Part shown: positions 13,981 through 28,890 of the stretch, in pieces
Numbering within the stretch: position 1 is the stretch's first letter
Layout: the number at the start of each line of letters is the position of its first letter
Assembly (NCBI GenBank): GCA_964016885.1
Contig: OZ024750.1
Span: forward strand, 30,628,001-30,692,000
DNA: 64,000 nucleotides
Direction of reading: 5' to 3'
From: Eledone cirrhosa
Taxonomy: Eukaryota
Program-made: the position numbers and the translations under genes
The notes under the pieces: model-generated
Seen by the model: only the letters and a program-made list of their open reading frames with translations
Database searches by the model: none
What the model was told of the DNA's origin: nothing

Positions 13981-15481
13981 GGAGAGAGATTTATCTAGTC
14001 CTTCGCTCAAGATTAATCTATAAGTTTAGATGTTTGCCTTCGTTTAAGTAAATATTACAGTAAGATTTTTAATATAAACAACTACAAAAAACAATTAATA
14101 TTAAAACGAAAAAATTATCAATGATAAAAGAAGCGGATGCAACTTTTTTTTTTTATAAAGTTATATTCCTGTTTCTTTAAAGAACATTTCATTTTTGTTC
14201 TATTGTAGGCGAAATAATGCAATGGTTTAATAGGGAAGATATAACTTACGAATTATGTCTCTAACCGTGTAACGCTTTTTAAGTAGATAACTACAATTGA
14301 AAATACTAAAGAAATGGAACCAACAATTCAATTTGAAAGTCGTCTAGTGACAGTGTATTACTGGTACTTTATTTTATCGACCCCGTAACGATGAAAGGCA
14401 AAAATGCAAATGCTTAAAATTTAAATTGCCTTAATTCTATCGTCTGCTGTTTCATTAAAGGGAGATTATCGTCTGTATTTAATTCTATCGTCTACTGTTC
14501 CACTAAACAGATATACCTCCACTATCGTCTCTATTTATACATTTTAACTTATAACTTATACACATTTGATTTGAAATATTTTATCTAGTCCCCCCTCTCA
14601 ATATTATGATGATTTCTTTCGAATGAAACAGTTCTAGTCCTGTAGAAGCCATTTAAATATATAATTGAACTGAGTTAAAAATTCACAATATTTATAATTA
14701 AATAAGCTCATATATATATGTGTGTATTTATCTGTTTATTGTATTATATATAATGTGTGTATATACAGGATGTCCCCCCAAAATATATACACACTTCAAC
14801 AGCATTCTAATAACTATTGCCTGTACAGGTAATCAAAGTGTCAATCGAATGTTAGTTTCGTGTTTTAACAGTACAAATTTACAATACACACATAAAACCA
14901 GTGTATATACATACATGAGTGTGTATACACATACATGAATGTGTATATACAATATATATGTATATATATATAGACACATATATTCACGGTGCAACGGTAC
15001 ATTAAAATATAGATGCGGGAGAGGGGGGGTGTATATATAGGGGCGCTGGGGATAAAGGAGTGTAAAGCGTGTGTAATTGATATATTGAAGGAGAGGAGCG
15101 TGCAGCGATAGAGTAACAAATATATAGAGAGGGGGAGAGATGGTATTGAAGGGGAGGAGTGCAAAGCGAAAGAGTAAGAGATATATATAGAGACGGAACA
15201 GATAGAGAGAAACAGGCGTAAGTAACAGTGGAAGAGATATAGAGAGAGGTACTCTGATTGGTTGAAAATTAGCCAATGACATACGATCACCACCACCACG
15301 GCTATCCCCGAAAAATTTTTATAGAAGCTAGGCATATATGTTAGAACACGAAAAGTGAACATTCTGTTGTTTCACACTTTTCGTGTTCTAACAGATATGA
15401 GGGAGAGAGAAAGAGAGAGAGAGAGGTGAAGTTGGAAATAGCACGGAATATATATTTTAGGGTCTGTTTTTCTTTGATTCG

Positions 15482-15528
<47 letters not shown>

Positions 15529-18500
15529 AACGAGTGGGACCCCGACGGCTGAGCTCAAGCCGTTTCGACGGCTAATTCAATACCCTAACTATTGAGTACT
15601 TTGGTGCGTTATGGTCCACCTGGTTCCTTACCACATTTCCTTCGTTATATATATATATATATATATATTGCTCATAGCTTCGTAACAAGCACACAGACTC
15701 TTTTACTTACATATACACACACATATCCTCTTAGTTTCGTACAGATGTATAACGCACACACACACACACACACACACAAGTATACGTTTTTTTTTTCATT
15801 TCAGGTAGACGCGCTCCATCATCCACTTTTCTAAAAAAATAAATCATACATAAAACGCCAGCATCAACAATTTTCCGAGAGATGGCACCATGAATGGACC
15901 TGTTATTTTTCTCTAAAAACATTTTTTCCAATTCCACCTCGCTCGTCCCTTCAATCTATCTAATTTCTCATTCTTTCTACTGATGAAGGACTAGCGTCCG
16001 AAACGTTAAGACACTCTTCCTGCTATTTCAAGCGTTAACCTAATATATTCCTTCCATATACTGTACCGATTGTGTTGTTATTTCTGTTTACCTTTTACAC
16101 ACACACACACACATATATTTGTGAAGGCACGTGGTTTAGTTGTTAGGGTACTCAACTCACACTTGTAAGGTCAGGAGTTCGAGTCATGGTAGCTAGCCAA
16201 AAGGAGCTGTGCATGTAAAAAATATTTTATATTACATGATGCATGAGGAGAGGAAATATAAAGAAAGTCATCCTAGAATTTAGAACTTTCAAATGTTTTC
16301 AAAGTACAAGTAAACAAAGTCAAAGTAGTATCTGAATATGGTACTGAAATACATTGGGTTCATAGCAAATATGTCTAAAAGTAGTTTTGCACAACAGAAC
16401 TACACATTCCGAAACAGAAACTTAAGAAATATCACCTCCCTATCTAATATAGCGTGAGTTGGAGAAAAGAAAACTTTGCAATACTCCCATAAAATGTTAA
16501 TAAGTGCAATTTTAATTAATATGGTTCTGTATTTTAAATACCAATCAATAAATGTTCAAAATATGTGTAGCTATAATGTTCCTTTATTTAACATATATTT
16601 CTGGTATATAGTGAAAGCCCATGGATTTGTGGTTAGGGTAATCGGTTCACAATTGTAAGGTTGCAAGTTCGTTTCCTGGTGGCGCGTTGTGTCCTTGAGC
16701 AAGACACTTTATTTCACGCTGCTCCAGTCCACTCAGCTGGCAAACATGAGTTGTAACAGTAATTCAAAGCCTTGTCACACTCTGTGTCACGCTGAATCTC
16801 CCTGAGAACTACATTAAGGGTATGTGTGTCAGTGAAATGTTCAGCGACTTGCATGTTAATTTCACGAGCAGGCTGTTCCATTGATCTTGTCAATTGGAAC
16901 ACTCATCATCGTAACTAACGGAGTGCCTGTTAGTTATTCTGGTATATAGTTAATTTAACAACATGTTCTTCTCCAAACTTGTCACTTTAGCAAATCTGAT
17001 ACTTCACATACCTTTATTTTTAAATATATTAGATTCAATAATGGAGATAGAAGGAAATTATATAGTGAATACCGTATAGTTATATAAGGCACATTTTTCT
17101 TCTGAAGAGCACCCAGCATCGCTACCGCAGTGAAGCAATCTTGGACGGCATAGGGGAGAGTTCTCTTATTTGTGGGAGCCCATGAGCAGGCTGCTTTATA
17201 GTTCCAGAGGATAGAATGGAGAAAATGATTGCGAGAAATGAGGAAATGATTAAGAAAATGATTGCGAGAATAGCCATTCCAACTCCCATGCCTTGCTCCT
17301 GTGTGTGGCCAACTCCGCCCTAGTGAGAAGAGAGATGGTTCGGTGGTCAAGAACAATGGAAATCTCCACTGCTACAAGTTTGATCAGAAACCTATTGGGA
17401 AACAAACAATATTTCGACAGCTTATCATTATTGGCCTGATAAGCAGCAAAGCCCAGGTTAGTCATCGAACGCACCATGTTGTCAGTAGAGAAGGTGTCAC
17501 TGTATGTAGCATCCTTGATTAGGGTTTTACCACTGCAGAATTTGAAGATTGTTATGCTGTCTGGCCTTTTGCCATACGTATCTTTGCCGTCCCTTCAGTC
17601 TAGCCCCGCTGGCTCGAGCTGGAAAGAAAAGTCTGCAGCATCCAAGCCATGCTTTATGATCTCGTTGGGAGCAACATGGTATGGGAGGCCCCCAGTACTG
17701 TAATGACATGGCAGTTAGTTATATTACTAAATCCTTTCAAATTCGGGTTTATCTACAAATTATTAGAAATATAGTAACGAAAAAGTAAATTTTATGTCAT
17801 TTGTATTCTTAAATTCTTTATTCCCTATTTTTACTATCTACACTGTTCTTCTGAAGCTATTAGTTCTAATCCCATTTTTCATAAAACAACAATAGATATA
17901 AATTTATAAATAAAAGCAAAATAAATAAGATGTATACTTACTTTGTTGCAGTCCAGTGGACTGTTGCAGTCATTGAGTTTTAAAGATATCGACCACAAAG
18001 TGCTGTATTCTACCAACTTCACTTTTATTCTTTTGTAAGGAACTATGAAAAACTTTGAGTCAAAGGATTTAAAGTTGCACGTATTTTTGAAACGGCAATG
18101 TTGATCTCTTATTTCTTGGGCTTTCTCTGAGGAACCTGGAAGAAATTAGTGGCATAGTTATTAAGGTGTTAGGGCAGTAGATTAGCAGTATTGATAGAAT
18201 GTTGGACAACATGCAAGCAAACAGCCTCATTACGCTATGCGCTTTAGACGACTATTGTCATCTTTTTGTTCTAGCGATGGTCGAGAGAAACAATCGACAA
18301 TAATATTATTTCTGGGTTATTCCCCTTTGTCAAGAGTGTGTGCTGCTCTCCTCTATCACACACTATGCTGTTTGCTTGCAAACAAATCAAATATTATTAT
18401 TATTCCACACAAAACACACAAATGAGTTTATGTATCCGCTTTGTTAGAGCAAAAACTAATTTTGTTTTTAATTTTACATACCTATCTGTTGATAGTTGCA

Positions 18501-19002
18501 AGGAACGCATTCTGCACCAGGCACACCCCATGATCCAGTGTCTTTGTGACCACAACAATTGTAAATGCTTGTTAAGTTTCCTGAATGTTGAACTAGCATT
18601 GTTTCATTACATTTATTTGTATCAAAACAAAACTTTTTTTTATCTGTGACAGCTGCAACCAAACAAAACGAAACAGAATGAAACAACAACGTATTTAAGA
18701 ATTAACATTTTGGTTTTTATAATAGCAAAATATATTTTGTTTGTTAAATAAATTGTTGTGAATTTTAAATGTGATTTATTTCATATAATAAAAAATAACG
18801 ACTAAACCTATCTATATAATAGTAAAAGTCTGTGATTGCTTGCTTGTCTGTAATGTAATACAGCCAAAAGGGCGCGTAATGGGGAAAATACTTTAAAAGG
18901 AAGTTGACCCTGAAATGGGAATACAAATGGAATAAAACAAGTTTCGCGTAAATCGGAGCACGGATTCCCGAGATATGGGGTTCTTCCTGGTACCTTCATA
19001 AA

Positions 19003-19098
<96 letters not shown>

Positions 19099-22000
19099 TA
19101 GTGGTTGTGACAGAGAAGATTGAAAGAGAGACATAGAGAGAGGGAGAGGAGACAGAAAGAGAATGGAAGAGAGCTGGTGTTGTGTATATATAAATATATA
19201 GACGTATATATATATGGGCCTTCCAGTTTCATTTCACATTATATACATGTCTGTATATATTTTAATTATTTAAAATTATTTTGAAATGAACGTGATCCAA
19301 CGGGTCACGTGTGGTCTAGTAAATGATACAACTCGACATATTCTTATTCTAATTGTTGCATTTCATCAACTTTGTCGTTTTCTAAATGCTAAAACGATAT
19401 CTTTACGTTCTTCATCTCCTCCTCCTCCTCCTTCTTGCGTCAGCCCTCCATTGAAGGCGAAGCTGTCAGTTTGCTTTTTCTAATGGCTAGAATATATGCT
19501 AATGGCTAGAATATATGCTAATGGCTAGAATATATGCTAAGGGCTAGAATATATGCTAATGGTTAGAATATATGCTAATGGTTAGAATATATGCTCAGGG
19601 CTAGAATATATACTAATGGCTAGAATATATGCTAAGGGCTAGAATATATGCTCAGGGCTAGAATATATACTAATGGCTAGAATATATGCTAAGGGCTAGA
19701 ATATATGCTAATGGTTAGAATATATGCTAAGGGCTAGAATATATGCTAATGGCTAGAATATATGCTAATGGCTAGAATATATGCTCAGGGCTAGAATATA
19801 TACTAATGGCTAGAATATATGCTAAGGGCTAGAATATATGCTAATGGCTAGAATATATGCTAAGGGCTAGAATATATGCTAATGGCTAGAATATATGCTA
19901 ATGGCTAGAATATATGCTAAGGGCTAGAATATATGCTAATGGCTAGAATATATGCTAATGGCTAGAATATATGCTAAGGGCTAGAATATATGCTAATGGC
20001 TAGAATATATGCTAAGGGCTAGAATATATGCTAATGGCTAGAATATATGCTAAGGGATAGAGTATATGCAGCTCGCTACACCTGCTTACTCATAGATTTC
20101 TCCGCTAACTGGAGCATTTGGGCCAACTTATGTCGAATTAATAGTCGATCATCTACGAAGTCACTAATGTTCACGATACCAAAGTAATCTACTAATAAAA
20201 CTGATGATCGTTGCATGGGGTACTGCTTACTATAAGGCAAGCAGGATTTTTATCGAGGCTTACTCCTCTAGATCCAGCCTGTTCTGTTAGACCATTCGAC
20301 CAGAGGTTCTCAAACTTTTTGGGCCGCCACCCCACCTCATTGTCACGTAATACCCATTAGTGCTTTGGAAACCACAAGCAGTCACTAATAACAGGGGGCG
20401 CAAGCTCTCCTATCTCGATGTCATCTCCAGAGATTCTGGTATTGAAATCCAGGACTTGGCAACGGCAATGAACGACAGAGCCACGTGGAGATCAATTGTT
20501 GAGTCCGTTTCGGTTGAGGCTGTCGCCGGATGATGATGGTGATGATGAACACTCTTAGCGACCCCCAACCCTATTTTCAGAGAGACCTGTAGCAGGAGTT
20601 GCCTCCCTTGTTGTGACGAGCACATCACCAATAGAGTAACGCTATCTAGACAGGAAGTAGCTGGAGTTACTTCCCGTTGGGGTGGCAGAACCCTTTTTGT
20701 CACGTCTGTTCCAGCATCTATAAAGGGAATAACTTTCAGCTTTCTCTCTCTCATTTGCCCTTTCGCCTGGCAACCAAACGGTAACTAATAACTTTACATC
20801 ATTTTCTTTCTCTACTACTCATTGACATGTCAACTATACTATTTTATATAACTGCAAACTATTTAATTAAACTTTATACACACCAGTATTTTGTTATAGA
20901 CCTGTCTACATGCAAATTATAATTAATATATAATAAATAAAATCGTAAATTTATATATAATCTCTCTATATATAAAACTGAGGATGTCTGTGTGTGTGTG
21001 TGTGTGTGAGTTTGAATCCCTAAAAAAACTAGAGAACCACCCAACCGACTGTTTTCAAACTTTACACATGTAATACTTATGTTTCAGGGAGTCTTCTGAG
21101 AAAAAAGAATTTCAAATTTTCAATGCCCTAGGGACCGCATTAGATAGATACATACATATAACGTCGCGCCCTTATAATATCTGTCTGTATGTCTGGCTGT
21201 CTGCTGCCTCCGGTTATTCTGCCACCCTTGCTCAAGACAAATCTCACACTCATTCCCCAAACAGTTGGTAAGTGCACACAACTTCTTCCTCACGTTTTAA
21301 GCCACAGTGTTGCTTACTTACGTATCACCAGACCCTTACTTCTTTGCCAGCCGTGGTTGTGGCAATACTAAGCTTAGCTAAGGCGGTTATATATTTCACA
21401 ATACCTTATCCCGTGATACGCCGGGTACCACTGCTAGTATAAAATATAATATAGACTATGTATAAATAAATATTATATATTTTTTATTTTACTATATTTA
21501 TATATATGTATCATTTGATATTTAATATACTATTATACCATCCCCCCCACTGTGCACTTAGCCTGCAGCCCCCCCCAGTACCTTCTCAACACCTCCCGGG
21601 GGCGGTAGCACCCACTTTGAGAACTAGCCATATCACAGCACCTCGTGTAAGATGTAACTTTTCACAACGATAGATCGATCTTCGAAGTGAGTGAATGTAC
21701 ACCCTATTGAATGGCTGTTGTTTCACATGAGTTCCTCCGGCCCTTTATCAGGTTTTGTTTTTTTCATCCTGCAGGGTGACCAAAAACACACTCCTCACCA
21801 AGCAAACTTAGTAGGGTTGCTGGTTTAGTCGCCTAGTGACAGGTTGCCAACCTGTCACAGTAGCGTGAAGAGGAGGGGGAGGGGGCACGATGCGTTGGCC
21901 CAGGGTATCCTTGGATGCGGGCATCATTTGGGGAAAAGAACTTAATAAATTTGATTGATTTATATTAAAATCAAATAAAGCTTTTATTTCATGTTTCATC

Positions 22001-23272
22001 TGTGTTTATATATTCAAAATATTTTCCTTTCTCATAATATTTCTCAGTATATTAGGCCTTATACTTGAGTATTTGGGGAATTAGGCCTTATTCTTGAGTC
22101 TTTTGGGCATACAATCAAGATTTGCCCCGGGCATCACCAGAACTCTGCACGCCGCTGCAGGTTGTACAGGATTACATGTTACCAGTAACACTCAGCAGTG
22201 ACCTTTATGTTAGGGAGCAGGAGAATATCTACATTGGGTTATAATTGCTGATTTCGTTTGGTCTTTTATTGTTTTACTGGTGTCAGTCATTGGGCAGCGA
22301 CTATGGCAAAACAATGCCTTCCAAGATTTAGTCGATTATGTCAACACCAGTCTTTATTTTATCGATTTCTATTTGTCGAACTTATGGAGCAGAAACAAAC
22401 AACACCAGTTGTTAGGCGGTGTAAATGTAAGCACAGATAGGCGCGTGCACACACAAGCACACGCGTGCACACACACACACACGTACACACATACAGAGTG
22501 TATTAAAAAAATCATCCGATTTTATTTACAATTTTTACAAATGTTCAATAGGTTAATAATTTTATAAAAGTTATAAAACTTTATATTCAGACATGTATTG
22601 TACAAGTTACTGATGGTCATTTGTTTAAAATACACAACCTTTTGAAATATAACCATATTGATACGCCCTGTATATATATATATATAAAGTTGATTCAACA
22701 AGATGTTTACTTAGGTTTTTTCGGAAGGTCGATTCCAGAAAGTTCCGAGGTTAGTAGTTCTTGGAGTATTAATAACAGATAAAGGATGATTAACACGGAT
22801 AAGCAATATAATAGGGTTTTATTCCAAGCATTAACATATGTTTCATCACTAGTGTGCAATTGATTATGTGGTTCCACGATCAGCGCTTTAATAATTCGCC
22901 TAGTGTCTGCAATATTTTAAAATCGAGTTTCGCAATAACCAATCAGCTATTGACGATAGCGATTTCAAGATATAATCAATTGCATTCTAAGCGATGAAAC
23001 ATATGTTAATGCGCGGAATAAAACCCTATAATATCGCTTATCCGAGTTAATCATACTTTATCCGTTATATATATAGGAAAAGAGTCAGGACCACGACGGT
23101 TGAGCTCCGGCCGTTTCGACAGCTAGGTCTGTACGCGTTCAAACCTGGCTGTCGAAACGGCCGGAGCTCAGCCGTCGGGGTCCTGACTATTTTCCTATTA
23201 CCCACTCTACTACCCAGTATCGAGTACTTTGGTGCGTTATGGTCCACCTGGTTATTTACCACACTTCCTTCG

Positions 23273-23344
<72 letters not shown>

Positions 23345-23866
23345 TTATTTAGGTTTGTAGGTTCACCACTGGATAGAACTGGTCATTCCGAATGGTCAAC
23401 CTCGATGTAATATTATGGAGAGCACTCAACGTAATGCAGCTCACTCGTCTTCGTTTGTGTGGTTGGTGGTGCGAGTACTGAGTTAATTATTATAAAATAA
23501 CAGGAGGCTGGACTGGTGTAAATCCTTGAAAGGTTTATTATACTATGATCATTTCAATGACCGGGTTCAGTATGAATCCGGTGACATCATCAGGTATTCA
23601 AAATATAACAAAGGAATATAACAGATAAAATCCATGGGGCTGAAAATCAGAGACAAGACTTGAGGGCGGCCGACCGAGGTAGAGGCTTCTAAGTCGGTCG
23701 TCCTCTTGTCTCTGATTTTCAGCCCCATGGATTTTATCTGTTATATTCCTTTGTTAAATTTTGAATACCTTATAATGTCACCGGATTCATACTGAACCCG
23801 ACCATTGAAATGATCATAGTATAATAAACCTTTCAAGGATTTACACCAGTCCAGCATCCTGTTATT

Positions 23867-23939
<73 letters not shown>

Positions 23940-25466
23940 CTTCTTCCTAAGCGCGAAACTAATAAAGACTTTGTGTTTTGCATCTTTGTCTTTTTCTTGT
24001 CTATTCTTGCACTAATATATATATATATATACGTAAAATGATGATGATGATTATGATGATGATACGATGGGCATCGACACAGTTTCTGTCTACCAAATGT
24101 TCCATGTATTGTGCTGGTCAACGTGTGACTGTAGTAGAAAGCTCCAGCCGAAGCTGCCATGCAGCTGGACTAAGCATGAAACAATATTTCAATAAAGCGA
24201 ACTTCTTAATTACTTAACCAATCACGCCTGGAACTAAAATCTTTTTCTATTAGCTGCCATGACCATTTATTTATTTGTCTAATGGGAAAAAAAAATATTA
24301 CTGGTTCGTTTCACTCTGGAAATCTTTAATGGGGATTCTTTTTAACTGGCTTTGATCATAATGTCATAGGTTTAATTCCTGGACTGGGTTGCATGTTGTG
24401 TTCTCGGGTAAAACACTTCATTTCATACTGCTCCAGTATACTCAACTGAAAATGAGTATCAGTAATAGCTGGTGGGGTTAATCCAGCGATGGATTGATGT
24501 CCTCTTTAGAGTCTTGTACTACCAATCGCTTCACACCATGGAAATCAGTATAAGCACTGGCCTGATGAGCCTGCAGTTACGAGACAGATTTTAACCCTGC
24601 GATGGATAGGTGTCATGAACTCTCAATTATTTCACACCTCGGAAATTGGGAGAAACACCAGCCTGATGAACCCCCGGGCTCGTGACAGATTCGGAACTTT
24701 TTGAATTTTAAATAATTTGTTGATTGATGCCTAATACCATTCTGAGTGGTTTAAAAGAAAAAAATGGGCAAAATTAAGGATTAGAAATTCTATTTAATAC
24801 ACAAAGATGTACCTACCATCCAGATTGTATTCACAGTGGAAACCAATGAATTTCGAAGGACACTTGCAAGTGTTTGGGTTTAGGCAAATACCACCATTTT
24901 TACAGGGTGCTGTACAGATGGCTGCAAAGGAAAAATACGAAGTTGTATTTAAGTGATTACACAAATATATAGAATTGATTTATGGCATGCAATAAAGACG
25001 CACTTTACTTTTCGCGATAAGATGTATTAAACGATAAGTATTCAGCTCTATTGGAGGCGGTTGGCTTAGTGGTAATTGTGTTGAACTTACGATCACAGTG
25101 TCGTGGGTTTGATTCCTGGTCTAGGTTGTGTATTGTGTTCTTGAGCAAAACACTTCATTTCTTGTTACTCCAGTATATTCTGCTGAAGATGCGTACCAGC
25201 AACAGCTGGAGGTTTAACCCTGCGATGGAATGGCGTCCTGTCCAGGAGTGTATTCTCTGTCGCTTCACACCAAGGAAAACGGGATAAATACCAGTCTGAT
25301 GAGCCTCTGGGCTCGAGACAGTCTTTGGACTTTTAGATTCAGCTTTACTGACATCAAAGTAAGGAAAGTTGTGATGTCCCTGAATTTCATAAGACGCTCA
25401 ACAAAATGACATAACACATCTTGTCACCGGATCCTTACCACAAAATCTGCTGCGTGCACAAATACA

Positions 25467-25498
<32 letters not shown>

Positions 25499-25894
25499 TT
25501 TCAACATGGCATATAACAACAAGTGAAAAAATATATATATCCAACACAAGTGAAAATGAAACTTTGAATGTCTACTTAGCGAAACCGGTTAGTGAAAACA
25601 CTATTTAAACAATCATGGTTATTTCTCAATACCAACCTATATCTTAAAAAATAAACTGTAATTTATTTTTTGTGTGAATTAATTTCTTCGTTTTATATGG
25701 TAAATGTTGCATATCTATAAAACACATTAGGTCTATCTTCAAATCATATAAGTAAGATAAATAATTTGTATGTCTCCAGGAATGGATATTTTCTACTTAC
25801 GTATATCACAATAATCGCCTTTCCAGCCATCACAACAAGTGAGAGATGTCACGTAGATTTCTCTGGATAAAAAAGCAAAGCAACAAAAATAAAT

Positions 25895-25986
<92 letters not shown>

Positions 25987-26080
25987 GGGTTTGTGGTTTT
26001 TTTCTCTCTCTCTCTCTCTATATATATATGTAAGTGATAGAGTTTTTAGAAAATATATATACATATATATATATACACAC

Positions 26081-26111
<31 letters not shown>

Positions 26112-26438
26112 TATATATACATATATATATACACACATATATATATATATACACATATATATATACATATATATATATATATACATATATACATATATAT
26201 ACATATATACATATATACATATATATAAATATATATATACACACATATATATATATATACACACATATATATATATACATATATATAAATATATATATAC
26301 ACACATATATATATATATACACACATATATATATATACATATATATATACACACACATATATATATATATACACATATATATATATATACATATATATAT
26401 ACACACATATATATATATACACATATATATATATACAC

Positions 26439-26469
<31 letters not shown>

Positions 26470-26470
26470 C

Positions 26471-26501
<31 letters not shown>

Positions 26502-27260
26502 CACACATATATATATATATACACACATATATATATATACATATCTATATATATATACATATATATATACACACATATATATATATATTACATATATAGT
26601 AATAATAATAAAATTGAAGACTAAAATCCAAAGAGGGCTCGATAAGGAAAATATATATCAAATATATAAGAACCGTAGAGCAAATATTTTAATTAATATA
26701 TATACATATATATATATATAATATACACATATATATATATATATATACACATATATATATATATATACACATATATATATATATACACACATATATATAT
26801 ATATACACACATATATATATACACATATATATATATACACATATATATATATACATATATATATACATACATATATATATACATATATATATACATATAC
26901 ATATATATATACACACATATATATATACACACATATATATATATATATACACATATATATATACACATATATATATATATACACATATATATATACACAC
27001 ATATATATATATACACATATATATATATATATACATATATATATACACATATATATATATATACATATATATATACACATATATATATATATACATATAT
27101 ATATACACATATATATATATATACATATACATATATATATACACATATATATATATATATACATATACATACATATATATATACACATATATATATATAT
27201 ATACATATACACATATATATACACATATATATATATACATATACATATATATATACACAT

Positions 27261-27294
<34 letters not shown>

Positions 27295-27322
27295 ATACAC
27301 ATATATATATATATACATATAC

Positions 27323-27353
<31 letters not shown>

Positions 27354-27622
27354 CATATATATATATACATATATATATACACATATATATATATATATAC
27401 ATATATATATACACATATATATATATATACATATACATATATATACATATATATATACATATATATATACACATATATATATATATACATATATATATAC
27501 ACACACATATATATATACATATATATATACACACATATATATATATACATATATATATACACATATATATGTATATACATATATATATACACATATATAT
27601 ATATATACATATATATATACAC

Positions 27623-27673
<51 letters not shown>

Positions 27674-27876
27674 TATATACAAATATATATACACATATAT
27701 ATATATACATATATATATACAAATATATATATACATATATATATACACATATATATACAAATATATATATACATATATATATACACATATATATATTACA
27801 AATATATATACAAATATATATATATATATATACAAATATATATATATATACATATATGTATATATATATACATATA

Positions 27877-27962
<86 letters not shown>

Positions 27963-27976
27963 TGTATACATATATG

Positions 27977-28008
<32 letters not shown>

Positions 28009-28832
28009 TGTATATATCACGATAAATTAACGGAGGCAGAGGCCAAGGCCCCCAGTTGTTGTTAGAAAACCTTTCTAAGAGAGGGAAACTCTGAAAAAAA
28101 GACTTGCGGCTTCGAAAGCATCTGATGATGTTGACCAGTTCTCCTTTTCGGATAGTGTTTTTCGATGCTCCGAGAGTGGGATTGGTCCCCACTTAAAAAA
28201 CCTTCAAAGCATAGGCATTGCTTGTTCAGGATCTGTTACGGGTTCGTGTGGCTGACCGTAGCCTAAAAGTGCAACGAACTCTGTAATCTGACAAGCGATT
28301 GCAATACTCTTAGCAGAGTTTGCACTATTTATGCAATCTTTTACATGATTTACACATACTGAATTCATTTGCCAAATTCTGGGGTTTTTCCCCTTGTGAG
28401 TTACATATGTGCTTTTACAAAACACTACGTCATTCACAACACTGGCGCAGAACAAAATACCTGTTGATAACGTGATATTCCTCGTTCGATCATTATACCA
28501 AAAGCTTATGGTTTTAAGCAGACAGTATTTAGGTGTCACAGAAACCCTGTTTTTGGATTTTACCATCAATTCCAAGGGTCCAGGTTAGTTATATATATAT
28601 GTATATGTATATATATATGTATGATTTTGTCATTTATTTTGTCTGACCTGTTTAGCTTGACTTGTTTTTTGGCTTAGATGGTTAATGCCTTCTTGACTGC
28701 CTTCTCAGTTTGTATGGCGTTTATAACATATGTTTAGCTCTGGTTTTCTAGACTATGGAGCGCTTGCCAGCATGACTCGGAATTTGCGTTACGTTTTGCT
28801 TTTTCTACCTGCTGAAATGCGATTCTCGCTGA

Positions 28833-28890
<58 letters not shown>

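Noticed and set aside
25290-25325. CTGATGAGCC...GGCTC motifs (also 24560, 24660, 35560) as hammerheads
   Set aside because: No GAAA or stem III; they are the 3' hairpin of a tRNA-derived SINE.
28204-28575. 123-aa minus-strand ORF
   Set aside because: Non-ATG start, no recognisable motif, overlaps a dispersed repeat.
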